This document shows positions 17,601-26,568 of a stretch of 64,000 bases of DNA, one piece after another. The stretch's first letter is position 1, and every line of letters begins with the position of its first letter. The position numbers were made by a program, and so were the translations under genes. The notes under the pieces were generated by a model. That model was not told the DNA's origin, did no database searches, and saw only the letters and a list, made by a program, of their open reading frames with translations. Source of the DNA: Bacteroidales bacterium (GTDB taxonomy: Bacteria; Bacteroidota; Bacteroidia; Bacteroidales; Azobacteroidaceae); assembly GCA_031552335.1 (NCBI GenBank), contig JAVBMQ010000052.1, positions 8,925-72,924 on the forward strand. The letters are read 5' to 3'.

Positions 17601-18713
17601 TTTTCACTTTATCATTCAAAAGGTATATATGAAAATCAACGGGTTACTTCAGACAATAAACGTGTAGTAAACCTAACCCGCTCCAGTTATGCCGGCCAAC
17701 AACGCTATGCGACTATTACCTGGAATGGAGACACATATGCATCCTGGAAGTCTTTTGCACAACAGATTCCTTCAGGATTGAATTTTATGGCTACCGGGTG
17801 TCCTTATTGGACTGTAGATATAGGAGCTTTTTTTACAAAAAAGGGTAGTCAATGGTTCTGGTGCGGAGATTTTGATCAAGGAGTGAAAGATTTAGGTTAT
17901 CGTGAGTTTTATACCCGCATGTTCCAATATGCTGCATTCTTACCCGTTTTTCGCAGCCATGGAACAGATACTCCCCGTGAGATATGGAATTTCGGAGAGC
18001 CTGGTGAACCATTTTATGATAGCTTACTGAAAATGATTGATTTACGCTATCAATTACTTCCTTACATTTATTCTCTTGCAGGTAAGGTGAGTCAGGATCA
18101 TTATACAATGAGTCGTTTATTGGCTTTTGATTTTCCGAATGATAAGAATGTGCTCGATACAAAAGATCAATTTATGTTTGGTCCTGCATTTCTTGTATGT
18201 CCTGTCACAACACCTATGTATTATGAGAAAGAATCAGTTCCTCTTCATGTAATAGAAAAGAGAAGAAATGTATATTTGCCTGAAGGTACAAATTGGATTG
18301 ATTTTTGGACAGGTGAGTTCTATAAAGGCGGACAATATATTAATGCTGAGGCATCCATTGATAAAATACCATTATTTGTGCGTCAAGGTTCAATCATACC
18401 AATGGGACCGGTTATTCAACATACAGGGGAATTACCCGGAAAGGAAATCAGAATTTCCCTCTACCCCGGGGAAAATGCTAAATTTGTTTTCTATGAAGAT
18501 GAAGGGGATAATTACAATTACGAACAAGGATTCTTTTCAACAATTGAATTGATTTGGAATGATAAGAATAAAACATTCACCTTCAGTAAAAGGAAAGGAG
18601 AATATGACAGTACGGAAAAAGTACGAACAATACATGTTGACTTCCATGATAAAAAGAAAATTGTTACTAAAACTATTCGTTACTCCGGTAATGAAGTAAG
18701 TTGCAAGTTTTAA
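14610..18713 (+). CDS. Stop-free 1367-aa frame fusing a secreted GH43 (plus beta-sandwich) to a GH31 alpha-xylosidase/alpha-glucosidase-like enzyme that keeps its own signal peptide (internal ATG 16209)
   Basis: Residues 1 to ~530 are GH43 (YNPVLPADFSDLDCIRVGEDYYAITSTFQYSPGMAILHSKDLVNWNIIGH; EGPDGNWYFFTHH) and end ...DVDYFEYKN. From residue 534 comes MNLNILFQSKWLSKAIIGIIFCLTTIYTYAG, followed by GH31 motifs GYIQSKERYKSSKEV..YRKRQVPLDVIVQDWNYW, FDAWWCDCTEP and FLPVFRSHG. This is probably two genes, 14610-~16200 and 16209-18713. Confidence 0.75.
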   Translation: MKNNIILFFLITFQSLYITNLSAQNSFKWGMWEKWGEQPDGMYYNPVLPADFSDLDCIRVGEDYYAITSTFQYSPGMAILHSKDLVNWNIIGHAVEDIRQIGPDMNWDKMNRYGRGIWAGSIRYHDEKFYVLFGTPEEGFFTTWAEKPEGPWAPLTNILPEPGWDDCCAIWDENGQAYFIGTHFKGGYRTYIFKMAADCSSIDRNSAVLINQGNGREASKLIKVNDWYYLIYSVVENNVRFMVGKRAKSISGPWSEEKQLMAYNQESNEPNQGGIIEGPDGNWYFFTHHGRGDWDGRCASLLPVTWINEWPIMGKVGEDGLGYMVWSGKMPVNKAYQKKKPFFDDFKSKKLDANWEWNYYPRNKMWSLTDKKGYLRMRAVKPLANNNLKKIPNILTQRIYRTPQSEVTVKMNLQGMEDGQIAGLCHYARTSAYIGVSNTSGKMNIIFNENGRSETIEIGHTRNIWFRSVWGLDGISRFSYSTDGKTFTGFGTPYPFTWGDYRGTRVGIFTCNEKNENGYIDVDYFEYKNRIITMNLNILFQSKWLSKAIIGIIFCLTTIYTYAGNHPEYVILQNGAQFQTEQGLLRIEFVSPEIVRVQYTKEINFLGNGTIVCVERSVKRVSFQTKKIDNNLVLSSDSLIVQIHLKNYSIIYKDTKTNQILLSEKNDNPREGERIYTENVTYDKQSKRIVKTADGEKEVMDELRRDTIGYSWKFRNHFQWTDKEAIYGLGSHMEDYLNLRGKEVFLCQHNLKAMVPVINSTAGYGLLFDAGCGMVYTDKGENSFIELEAAKQIDYYFMKGTTMDEVIKQYRILTGDSPMMPRYIFGYIQSKERYKSSKEVTDVVTEYRKRQVPLDVIVQDWNYWPQGWGYMKMNPKYYPNPANLADSVHAMNAKLMISIWPNPTNCPQADDFKKRGFMLERSIYDAYNPLARRYYWEYADNEFFNNGFDAWWCDCTEPLDADWTKMREDYGWDNHRERWENNLALLSDVLGAERSSTFSLYHSKGIYENQRVTSDNKRVVNLTRSSYAGQQRYATITWNGDTYASWKSFAQQIPSGLNFMATGCPYWTVDIGAFFTKKGSQWFWCGDFDQGVKDLGYREFYTRMFQYAAFLPVFRSHGTDTPREIWNFGEPGEPFYDSLLKMIDLRYQLLPYIYSLAGKVSQDHYTMSRLLAFDFPNDKNVLDTKDQFMFGPAFLVCPVTTPMYYEKESVPLHVIEKRRNVYLPEGTNWIDFWTGEFYKGGQYINAEASIDKIPLFVRQGSIIPMGPVIQHTGELPGKEIRISLYPGENAKFVFYEDEGDNYNYEQGFFSTIELIWNDKNKTFTFSKRKGEYDSTEKVRTIHVDFHDKKKIVTKTIRYSGNEVSCKF

Positions 18714-18741
18714 TTGTATTACTTATATCAATTATATTAAA

Positions 18742-20199
18742 ATGAAGAAATTAATTTTATTTGTAATAGCTTTTATATCCGTAAGCGCTATTACCGCCCA
18801 AAATTTCAATCCGATAATACCGGATAACGTTGCAGACCCATCCGTTTCCAAATTTGGAGACACCTATTATCTTTATGGAACAACAGATATCGACAGTGGT
18901 TTATGGAAAATGGGGCCTCCTGTTGTCTGGAAATCAAAAGATTTTGTAAACTGGAGTTTCGAGGGAGTCCTTATTGACAATATCGACTGGAATACCCGCA
19001 TACATTTTGGAGAAAAAAGCGGATTCTTCCGCTATTGGGCGCCTGGCAGAACAATAGAAAAAGACGGTCTTTATTATTTGTTCCCAACTGTTGTTTATCC
19101 GGACGGAAAAAGTGGAGTATTTACTATGGTTTCAGAAAAACCGGAAGGACCTTTCCGTGTTATTTCCGGAGACGGCATTTTATTTAACAATACAAACCCG
19201 GATCTAACCCCAACAAAACCAATAGTAGAAGATATTGACGGCGAAATATTCACAGATGATGACGGACAATCTTATTTCTATTGGCGCAGAAGAAAAGCTG
19301 CCAAAATATCAGAAGACTTCACAACTCTTGTTGGCCCGGTAGTAGATATCCCGACCAAACGTGAAGGTTATTCCGAAGGACCTGCTTTTTTTAAACGTAA
19401 TGGTATTTATTATTACTTATACACAATCGGTGGTGACCAAAATTACTGCTACGGATACATGATGAGTAAAGAAGGTCCGTTGTCAGGTTTTTATGCTCCC
19501 GAAGGCAAAGATTTTTTCATTTCTTCATCACTCGAAACAGGTGTATGGGGACCAGGACATGGCAACATATTTTATGACGAAAAGTCGGGCAAATATATAT
19601 TTGTTTATCTGGAATTTGGAGAAGGAAGCACTACCCGGCAGGTTTTTGCCAACGAATTAACTTTCAACGAAGACGGAACGATACGCACTATTATCCCTGA
19701 TTTTAAAGGAGTCGGTTATTTAGGTGAAAAACAACGAATAGCTGCAAACTTATCGTTGAAAGCCCAGGCTACAGCTTCCAGTATCAAATCACCACATGTC
19801 AGCACAAAAAAAGTCGAAACAAATCGCAATTATCCGGATTCCACATCCATGAAAGAAGTATCGCGTACTTTTGATTATAAAGCCGGGAATGCTATTGACG
19901 AATCAAATGGTACCCGTTGGGTGGCTTCGAAAGAAGATAAAGAACCATGGATTATGCTGGATTTTGGAAAAAAAACATCTATTTCGAAATGTGAAATGTA
20001 CTTCGTTTTTCCCGCATCCGGACATGCCTGGATATTGGAAAAATCGGATGACGGGATCAATTGGACTAAAATAGATGAACAACATTCGAAAGCTGTTAAA
20101 TCACCTCATATCTCTGACAAAAAAGTAAAAGCCCGCTATCTGCGATTAAAAATTACAGACGGAGAACCCGGCTTATGGGAATTTAAAGTCCGGGGTTAA
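18742..20199 (+). CDS. GH43 with a C-terminal F5/8 type C (discoidin/CBM32-like) domain
   Basis: GH43 motifs: NPIIPDNVADPSVSKFGDTYYLYGTTD and EGPAFFKRNGIYYYLYT. C-terminal region: NAIDESNGTRWVASKEDKEPWIMLDFGKK...RYLRLKITDGEPGLWEFKV. Confidence 0.8.
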   Translation: MKKLILFVIAFISVSAITAQNFNPIIPDNVADPSVSKFGDTYYLYGTTDIDSGLWKMGPPVVWKSKDFVNWSFEGVLIDNIDWNTRIHFGEKSGFFRYWAPGRTIEKDGLYYLFPTVVYPDGKSGVFTMVSEKPEGPFRVISGDGILFNNTNPDLTPTKPIVEDIDGEIFTDDDGQSYFYWRRRKAAKISEDFTTLVGPVVDIPTKREGYSEGPAFFKRNGIYYYLYTIGGDQNYCYGYMMSKEGPLSGFYAPEGKDFFISSSLETGVWGPGHGNIFYDEKSGKYIFVYLEFGEGSTTRQVFANELTFNEDGTIRTIIPDFKGVGYLGEKQRIAANLSLKAQATASSIKSPHVSTKKVETNRNYPDSTSMKEVSRTFDYKAGNAIDESNGTRWVASKEDKEPWIMLDFGKKTSISKCEMYFVFPASGHAWILEKSDDGINWTKIDEQHSKAVKSPHISDKKVKARYLRLKITDGEPGLWEFKVRG

Positions 20200-20239
20200 C
20201 AAATACAGATTTGCATTAATAACTAATTAATATTATATC

Positions 20240-22123
20240 ATGAATTTAAAAACAATAGTTTATTTATTTTGCTCATGCATTTTTATCGGACTTCCATTAT
20301 CTGCCGCAAACAATAATACGGTTTCGCCCGATAAGAAATTAAATGTCAGCTTACATCATGATGCAAATGGCAAAGGTAAAAGTCCTTATTTTTCGGTAGA
20401 TTACGACGGAAAACAAATCTTCTCCGATATTAAATTAGGATTGGAAACCGATTTGCAGGATTTTTCAGATAACCTGAAATTCGTATCTGTATCTAAAGCC
20501 AAATCTCATAAAGACAACTATGTTATGTTAACAGGCAAACGGAGCCACTGTACAAACGCTGCCAATGAAAGAACATACCACTTTGAAAATGACAAACAAC
20601 AGGTACTCGAAGTCGTATTGAGGGCATACAATGATGGTATTGCTTTCCGGTATGATATCAAAGCAATTGCAGGTAATGAAAATATAATCAATGAGTCCAC
20701 AACTTACCCTATTGATGATAATACTAAACGTTGGATGCAGGAATACTCAATTGGTTATGAAGGATTCTATCCTCTGGCTGATAAACAAAAAGGTGGTAAA
20801 TGGGGATATCCTGCCCTTATCGAGCTTCCTGGTTCAACTTTTGTACTATTTACAGAAGCCAATATGTTACGTGACCATTGCGGTTCGTTTTTAGACAATA
20901 CTGCAAACAGTAATGAATACCGGGTACAACCGGAAGATAAAAAACTTTCCTTTCAAGGGGAATGGAGTTCTACATGGCGTGTACTCATTATTGGTTCTCT
21001 TTCTACAGTTGTAGAGTCGACATTGGTTACAGACTTATCCGATCCTTCTAAAGTAAGTGATACGGAATGGATTAAGCCAGGTCTTGTTTCATGGATATAC
21101 TGGGCATATAATCGTAGCTCAAGCGATTTTCAGATTGTTAAAGAATACATAGATCTGGCAGCAGAAATGGGCTGGCCATATGATTTGATTGATTGGCAAT
21201 GGGATGTAATGAGCAATGGTGGCAATGTGGAAGACGCCGTGAAATATACTCTTGATAAAGGAGTTAAACCCATGCTTTGGTACAATTCCAGTACACATTG
21301 GAAGCCTGCAGGATCCGGTCCCCTTTATCGTTTAAATAAAAAAGAAGACCGGGAAAAAGAATATGCCTGGCTCAATAAATTAGGTGTTGCCGGTATTAAA
21401 ATCGATTTCTTTCCCGGCGACAAAGCTTCTTCTATGAATTATTACATCGACTTGCTTGAAGATGCAGCTAAATATAAATTGATGATTAATTTTCATGGTT
21501 CTACGATTCCCCGCGGCTGGCAAAGAACTTACCCTCACATGATGACGATGGAGGCTGTTTATGGCGCAGAGTGGTACAATAATAATGAAAAACTGACCAC
21601 TCGTGCAGCATGCCATAATGCTACCTTACCTTTTACCAGGAATGTTATTGGTCCTATGGATTATACTCCCGGAACATTTTCGGATTCACAAAATCCGCAT
21701 ATTACATCGCACGGACACGAACTGGCTCTTCCTATAATCTTCGAATCGGCTTTACAACATATGCCGGACAGGCCTTCAACTTATTATTCACTGCCATCTC
21801 CTGTGAAGAAATTTTTATCGGAATTGCCCACTGCCTGGGACGATACAAAATTATTGTCAGGTTATCCCGGAGAATACATCGTCATTGCCCGTAAAAAGGG
21901 GAATGTATGGTATTTAGGAGGAATAAACGGAACTGACCAGGAGAAAACACTTTCTTTTAACCTGAAAGAACTTTCATCATTAGGGAAAAATATCACAATC
22001 ATAAAGGATGGTGCTAACGACAAAGATTTTGATATTGAAGAAAACATTAAAATAACCGGAAATAACCGAAAAATGGACATTAACTGCCTTCCACGTGGAG
22101 GTTTTGTTGCACTAATAAAATAA
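20240..22123 (+). CDS. GH97 glycoside hydrolase (alpha-glucosidase/alpha-galactosidase family)
   Basis: VAGIKIDFFPGDKASSMNYYIDLLEDAAKYKLMINFHGSTIPRGWQRTYPHMMTMEAVYGAEW matches the GH97 catalytic barrel core. A signal peptide is present. Confidence 0.8.
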   Translation: MNLKTIVYLFCSCIFIGLPLSAANNNTVSPDKKLNVSLHHDANGKGKSPYFSVDYDGKQIFSDIKLGLETDLQDFSDNLKFVSVSKAKSHKDNYVMLTGKRSHCTNAANERTYHFENDKQQVLEVVLRAYNDGIAFRYDIKAIAGNENIINESTTYPIDDNTKRWMQEYSIGYEGFYPLADKQKGGKWGYPALIELPGSTFVLFTEANMLRDHCGSFLDNTANSNEYRVQPEDKKLSFQGEWSSTWRVLIIGSLSTVVESTLVTDLSDPSKVSDTEWIKPGLVSWIYWAYNRSSSDFQIVKEYIDLAAEMGWPYDLIDWQWDVMSNGGNVEDAVKYTLDKGVKPMLWYNSSTHWKPAGSGPLYRLNKKEDREKEYAWLNKLGVAGIKIDFFPGDKASSMNYYIDLLEDAAKYKLMINFHGSTIPRGWQRTYPHMMTMEAVYGAEWYNNNEKLTTRAACHNATLPFTRNVIGPMDYTPGTFSDSQNPHITSHGHELALPIIFESALQHMPDRPSTYYSLPSPVKKFLSELPTAWDDTKLLSGYPGEYIVIARKKGNVWYLGGINGTDQEKTLSFNLKELSSLGKNITIIKDGANDKDFDIEENIKITGNNRKMDINCLPRGGFVALIK

Positions 22124-22165
22124 ATCAGTTATAGTAAATTAGCCAAAACTATCGAAGGGGGTATG

Positions 22166-25100
22166 TCAAATGTCCGACACGCCCTCTTCGTTTTTTTCTC
22201 TGTATTGACTAGGTGTCATGTGGAACTCTTCTTTAAAGTACGAATTGAAATATTTTAAAGTATTAAAGCCCACCATGTAAGATATCTCGTTTACATTATA
22301 CTGACTATTGGTTAATAACTGTGCTGCTCTTTTTAAACGAACAGACCGGATAAACTGGAGTGGAGTTAAATCGACTATAGATTGTAACTTTCTGTTTAAA
22401 TGGGCTTTACTCAATCCTACGTCTTTACTCAAATCTTCAGTTGAATACTCTGAATTATCGATATTTTCTTCAACAAAACTCAAGGCTTTTCTAACCAGTT
22501 CCTCATCAAGGGAAGTGGTAGTTATATTACTGGGAGTAATTTCGATAGTCTTATGAAATAATTTTTTTCTGCTTTCCTGTTGTTCTATTAACTTTTTTAT
22601 CCGCACACATAATAATTCATAACTGAACGGTTTTGAAATATAAGAATCTGCACCAGCCTCATAACTATCCATTTTAGATTCGTCAGAAGTTCTGGCGGTT
22701 AGCAGAATAAAAGGGATATGAGATGTCTGTATATTATTTTTAACCCGTTGGCACAATTCGATCCCATTCATTTTAGGCATCATCAAGTCGGAAATTATCA
22801 AATCCGGGAATTCCGACAATACCAATTCTTCGGCTTGTTCACCATCAGCAGCTTCAATTACATAATAACTTTCACTGAGCTGCTCAGTTAAGAAATGGCG
22901 GAATTCTTCGTTGTCTTCAACAACCAGAATAGTTCTTCTACCATCTTCATTTTTCGTGTCTGGTGTAATATCAGTTATTATATCTTTTTCTTCTTCCGGC
23001 TGTTTGCTTTCATTATTTTTGGGCAGGTCGACCGGTATATAAATTGTAAAAGTACTGCCGACATTTATCTGACTGCTCACTGTAATTTCTCCGTTATGCA
23101 ATTTGATGTATTCTTTAGCCAGATGTAGACCGATCCCGCTTCCGGACAGTGTATTACCATCCTTTATCTGATAGAATCGTTCAAAGATATAGGGCAGGTC
23201 TTTTTCTTCAATGCCACATCCGGTATCACTCACCTCTATCCTGACATATACTTTGTCATTTCGGACAGTTTGATCTACTTTAAGTTGTATACAGCCATCT
23301 TTCGGTGTGAATTTGAATGCATTAGAGAGCAGATTATTGATAATCTTATACATCTTGTCCTGGTCGTAATTAATCAGGAGATAATCAACTGTAGTTTCTA
23401 TACCAAAATCAATGTTTTTAGTTATAGCAAGCTCATTGAAGTGTATAAATATATCTTTTGTGAATTGTATAATATCCCCTGTTTTAAATGTGGTTTTCTC
23501 TCCTTTCATTTCCAGTTTTCTGAAGTCAAGAAGCTGATTGACCAAGTTAAGCAGTCCATATGCATTTTGATAGATGGAGTCCAGTTTCTTCTTCAGTGTC
23601 AAATCGCCCTGTTGTTTTATTAAAGTTTCAAGCGGTGTTAATATCAACGTTAAAGGTGTACGGAATTCATGGCTTATGTTTGTGAAAAAGCGGAATTTCA
23701 TCTGATCTAACTCTTCTTTTTGTTTTTGCTCATATGCCTCTCTTTCATTGAGTGCTTTCTTTTGCATTCTCCATTGATATAATTTTAATATATAGAAAAT
23801 GATAGCCATCATCAATACAACATACATAATTATAGCATAAGAAGTAGCCCAGAAAGGAGGAGTAATCACAATAGCAATTTCGGAAGGCGTGTCTCCCCAT
23901 ATTTTATCATTATTGGCCGTATATACCACGAAGTTGTATTTTCCAGGAGGAAGACCGGTATAGGTTATCCTGCCCAATCCATTTCCTGGAATCTCATTCC
24001 AGTTTCCATCAAAATTAACGAGTTTGTATTTATAGTATGTTTTTGCCGGATTAACATAATTCATACCTGAAAACTCAAACGTAATAAAATTCTGATTGTA
24101 TTTAAGGGTTATTTGCTTAGTTTTACTTATGGCTTCTTTCAAAATTACTCTTCCGCCATACTCTCCTCCCTCCTTTACAAGAGAATTGAACAGCCTGAGA
24201 CCTGTGAATACAGGTTTATTGTTACTATCATTGTAGATGATTTTGTTGGGATCGAAATAATTAAAACCATGGGCGCCTCCAAAATATAATGTACCATCTT
24301 TAGTCTTAAGCGCCGAATGATCATAAAATTTCCCTGATTGCAGTCCGTCTGAAATTCCGAAGTTTACAATCGAAAAAGAATTGACACCATCTGTCCGGAG
24401 CGATGTGATCTTGCAAATTCCATTCAATGTTGAAGCCCATATCACCCCATTTTCGTCTTCAAGCATGGATGCCACTTCATTGTTCGGTAATCCTTCTTCT
24501 GTGGTGAGTTTATATAATTTCTGTTTTGCTTCGTCCCAAACCCTTATTCCATCTTCAGTAGCAAACCATTCAAGTCCCCGGCTATCTTTCAATATTCCAA
24601 AATATTTAGTATCCTGCTCAAACTTCAGATTATTCGTTCCGGGTACCCATAAACTGTCCCGTTTCGTGTTGTAATAATATATGCCTTTATCGCCTACAGC
24701 TGCAAATGTTTCATCATCGATAGGATATAGATAATAGATTAGAGTATAGCTTTTTACTTCCGGGTATTTATCGGCTAACATACTCACTATTTTCCCTGTA
24801 ACCGGATCGAATTGTCCTACACCACCCGTCACACTAACCCAAAAACGTCCGTATATATCTTCATAAATGCATCTTGAAACATTTTGGTTCGGATCTTTTT
24901 CCAGATTAACAGACGACCTGATATATTGCCTGATTTTATTTCCTTCAATACAAAAAAATCCATTCAGGTAAGTCCCTACCCATATCCTACCCCGACGATC
25001 CTTGTTAATGGAGAGGCACAATTCGTTTATTTGTTCTTTAAACAATCGTTCAACTTTCTTTGTTTCCGGATAAAAACGATATAAACCATGTCCGTTCCCA

Positions 25101-26215
25101 ATTAAGACAGTACCGCTTTCTTCTTCCAGTAAACAGCGTATGGTTTCATTGGTAATTTGCGTACCGGTATTGATTGTTTGGATTAGCCGGAACTTTTGCA
25201 TGCTGGGGTGATGGTAGCATAATCCCTGGAAAAGCGTACCTATCCATATGCCATTATTCGGATCTATAAAAAGCGTGAATATGTCATTGTCCAGCACACC
25301 TCCATTGATGAGGCTCATGCCATGTATATCACTGACATTAAAAGTCTTTCCATCAATATATCTTAACCCTGATTTTGATGTTCCCACCCAGATATTTCCG
25401 TCCTTATCCATATCCATGCAAGTAAAAAAATTGGATATGCCTTTGATAACAGCAACTTCTTTCCAATCCCTATTGATCCTATGGTGAAAATAAACGCCAT
25501 TGTTATACATCAGCCAGATGTTTCCCGCAGAGTCGGGATGAATATAAATTCTATCGGTAAAATCGTTTATGATTCCCAGGAAACAAGTTTCCTGAGAAAT
25601 GAACTCGCGAGACGTATAGTCCCAACAACGTATCAAACCACTGCTATATACAATCCAACAAAGGTTTTTGTACTGGGCCAGTTCCAAGGGTATCCCATAT
25701 AATTTGGTAAAATCACTGCCACCGTCTTCTATCGTAATAAGTTCTTCACGGGCTATGTCGTAAAAAGAAAACGTATTGTCTTCTGTTAAAAACCAGTAAT
25801 TTTTAGAGTTATCAATAAAAAGATTTTTTAATCGTTTGGTAATTCCATATGTGGCTAACTCTTCCGACAGATTATAATCGAATTGATTCGTATTCAGGTT
25901 TAGCAGCAGCAGATATCCCAGTTCTTTCATCCAGATTCTTCCCTGATTGTCATAGTATTCCTTGGTAGGACGGGTATAATCCCATACATATTTCAGTTTT
26001 TTATTGTGATGGAAATATTCAAAAGTAGCCCCATTGTAAATGTTCATTATGGAAGCAGTTCTAACAGCGATACGCCCGTCAGGAGTCATGCTCAGACCAC
26101 GTATCTGATTATCTGATAGTCCGTCGACAACATCAATAAGACGGAACTTATATTGATTCACAGCAAAACTGTTTACAGTAAAAAGAAGGACTAAGATGGA
26201 AAGCAGGATTCTCAT
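22166..26215 (-). CDS. Hybrid two-component system regulator HTCS-1: periplasmic beta-propeller/Y_Y_Y sensor, histidine kinase, receiver and AraC-type HTH
   Basis: The start was moved to ATG 26215 (MRILLSILVLLFTVNSFA). TM segment YAIIMYVVLMMAIIFYIL. HisKA motif FFTNISHEFRTPLT. HATPase motifs DTGCGI and GSGIGLHL. Receiver region ILVVEDN...DLIISDLMMPKMNG. The C-terminus is AraC-like. Confidence 0.9.
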   Translation of the reverse strand: MRILLSILVLLFTVNSFAVNQYKFRLIDVVDGLSDNQIRGLSMTPDGRIAVRTASIMNIYNGATFEYFHHNKKLKYVWDYTRPTKEYYDNQGRIWMKELGYLLLLNLNTNQFDYNLSEELATYGITKRLKNLFIDNSKNYWFLTEDNTFSFYDIAREELITIEDGGSDFTKLYGIPLELAQYKNLCWIVYSSGLIRCWDYTSREFISQETCFLGIINDFTDRIYIHPDSAGNIWLMYNNGVYFHHRINRDWKEVAVIKGISNFFTCMDMDKDGNIWVGTSKSGLRYIDGKTFNVSDIHGMSLINGGVLDNDIFTLFIDPNNGIWIGTLFQGLCYHHPSMQKFRLIQTINTGTQITNETIRCLLEEESGTVLIGNGHGLYRFYPETKKVERLFKEQINELCLSINKDRRGRIWVGTYLNGFFCIEGNKIRQYIRSSVNLEKDPNQNVSRCIYEDIYGRFWVSVTGGVGQFDPVTGKIVSMLADKYPEVKSYTLIYYLYPIDDETFAAVGDKGIYYYNTKRDSLWVPGTNNLKFEQDTKYFGILKDSRGLEWFATEDGIRVWDEAKQKLYKLTTEEGLPNNEVASMLEDENGVIWASTLNGICKITSLRTDGVNSFSIVNFGISDGLQSGKFYDHSALKTKDGTLYFGGAHGFNYFDPNKIIYNDSNNKPVFTGLRLFNSLVKEGGEYGGRVILKEAISKTKQITLKYNQNFITFEFSGMNYVNPAKTYYKYKLVNFDGNWNEIPGNGLGRITYTGLPPGKYNFVVYTANNDKIWGDTPSEIAIVITPPFWATSYAIIMYVVLMMAIIFYILKLYQWRMQKKALNEREAYEQKQKEELDQMKFRFFTNISHEFRTPLTLILTPLETLIKQQGDLTLKKKLDSIYQNAYGLLNLVNQLLDFRKLEMKGEKTTFKTGDIIQFTKDIFIHFNELAITKNIDFGIETTVDYLLINYDQDKMYKIINNLLSNAFKFTPKDGCIQLKVDQTVRNDKVYVRIEVSDTGCGIEEKDLPYIFERFYQIKDGNTLSGSGIGLHLAKEYIKLHNGEITVSSQINVGSTFTIYIPVDLPKNNESKQPEEEKDIITDITPDTKNEDGRRTILVVEDNEEFRHFLTEQLSESYYVIEAADGEQAEELVLSEFPDLIISDLMMPKMNGIELCQRVKNNIQTSHIPFILLTARTSDESKMDSYEAGADSYISKPFSYELLCVRIKKLIEQQESRKKLFHKTIEITPSNITTTSLDEELVRKALSFVEENIDNSEYSTEDLSKDVGLSKAHLNRKLQSIVDLTPLQFIRSVRLKRAAQLLTNSQYNVNEISYMVGFNTLKYFNSYFKEEFHMTPSQYREKNEEGVSDI

Positions 26216-26568
26216 TTTAAATATCATTATAATGTAAACATCCATTCAGGCTCATCATTGATTAGTTATACTGTACAAAGAAAGTAAAAATTATGACAAA
26301 TTCATAGTACTCATTGCTTCATAGAATGGGACAATTTGGATCATTTCTGCAACTAATATGGCTGCAACAATTCTTCATATACATGTGGGGGATTCATTTT
26401 CAGCTCTTTCCATCAACTTCACGGCAAACATCACTTCCGGGAAAAGAGACAGAGGCGGTATAAAAATATCCTGAATCTATTAGCCTGGGATAATACTTAT
26501 CACACCGGCCTGCAATTCATTTGTCTAACTATTTAGTCATTTGAAACAAGTGGCAACACATAGATTGT

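Noticed and set aside
26246-26568. The 323-bp ORF-free gap upstream of HTCS-1, examined for an sRNA, riboswitch or gene remnant.
   Set aside because: There is no convincing hairpin or terminator, no exact -7 box and no protein-like frame; only 18-45-codon chance ORFs. Nothing here can be supported from the sequence alone.
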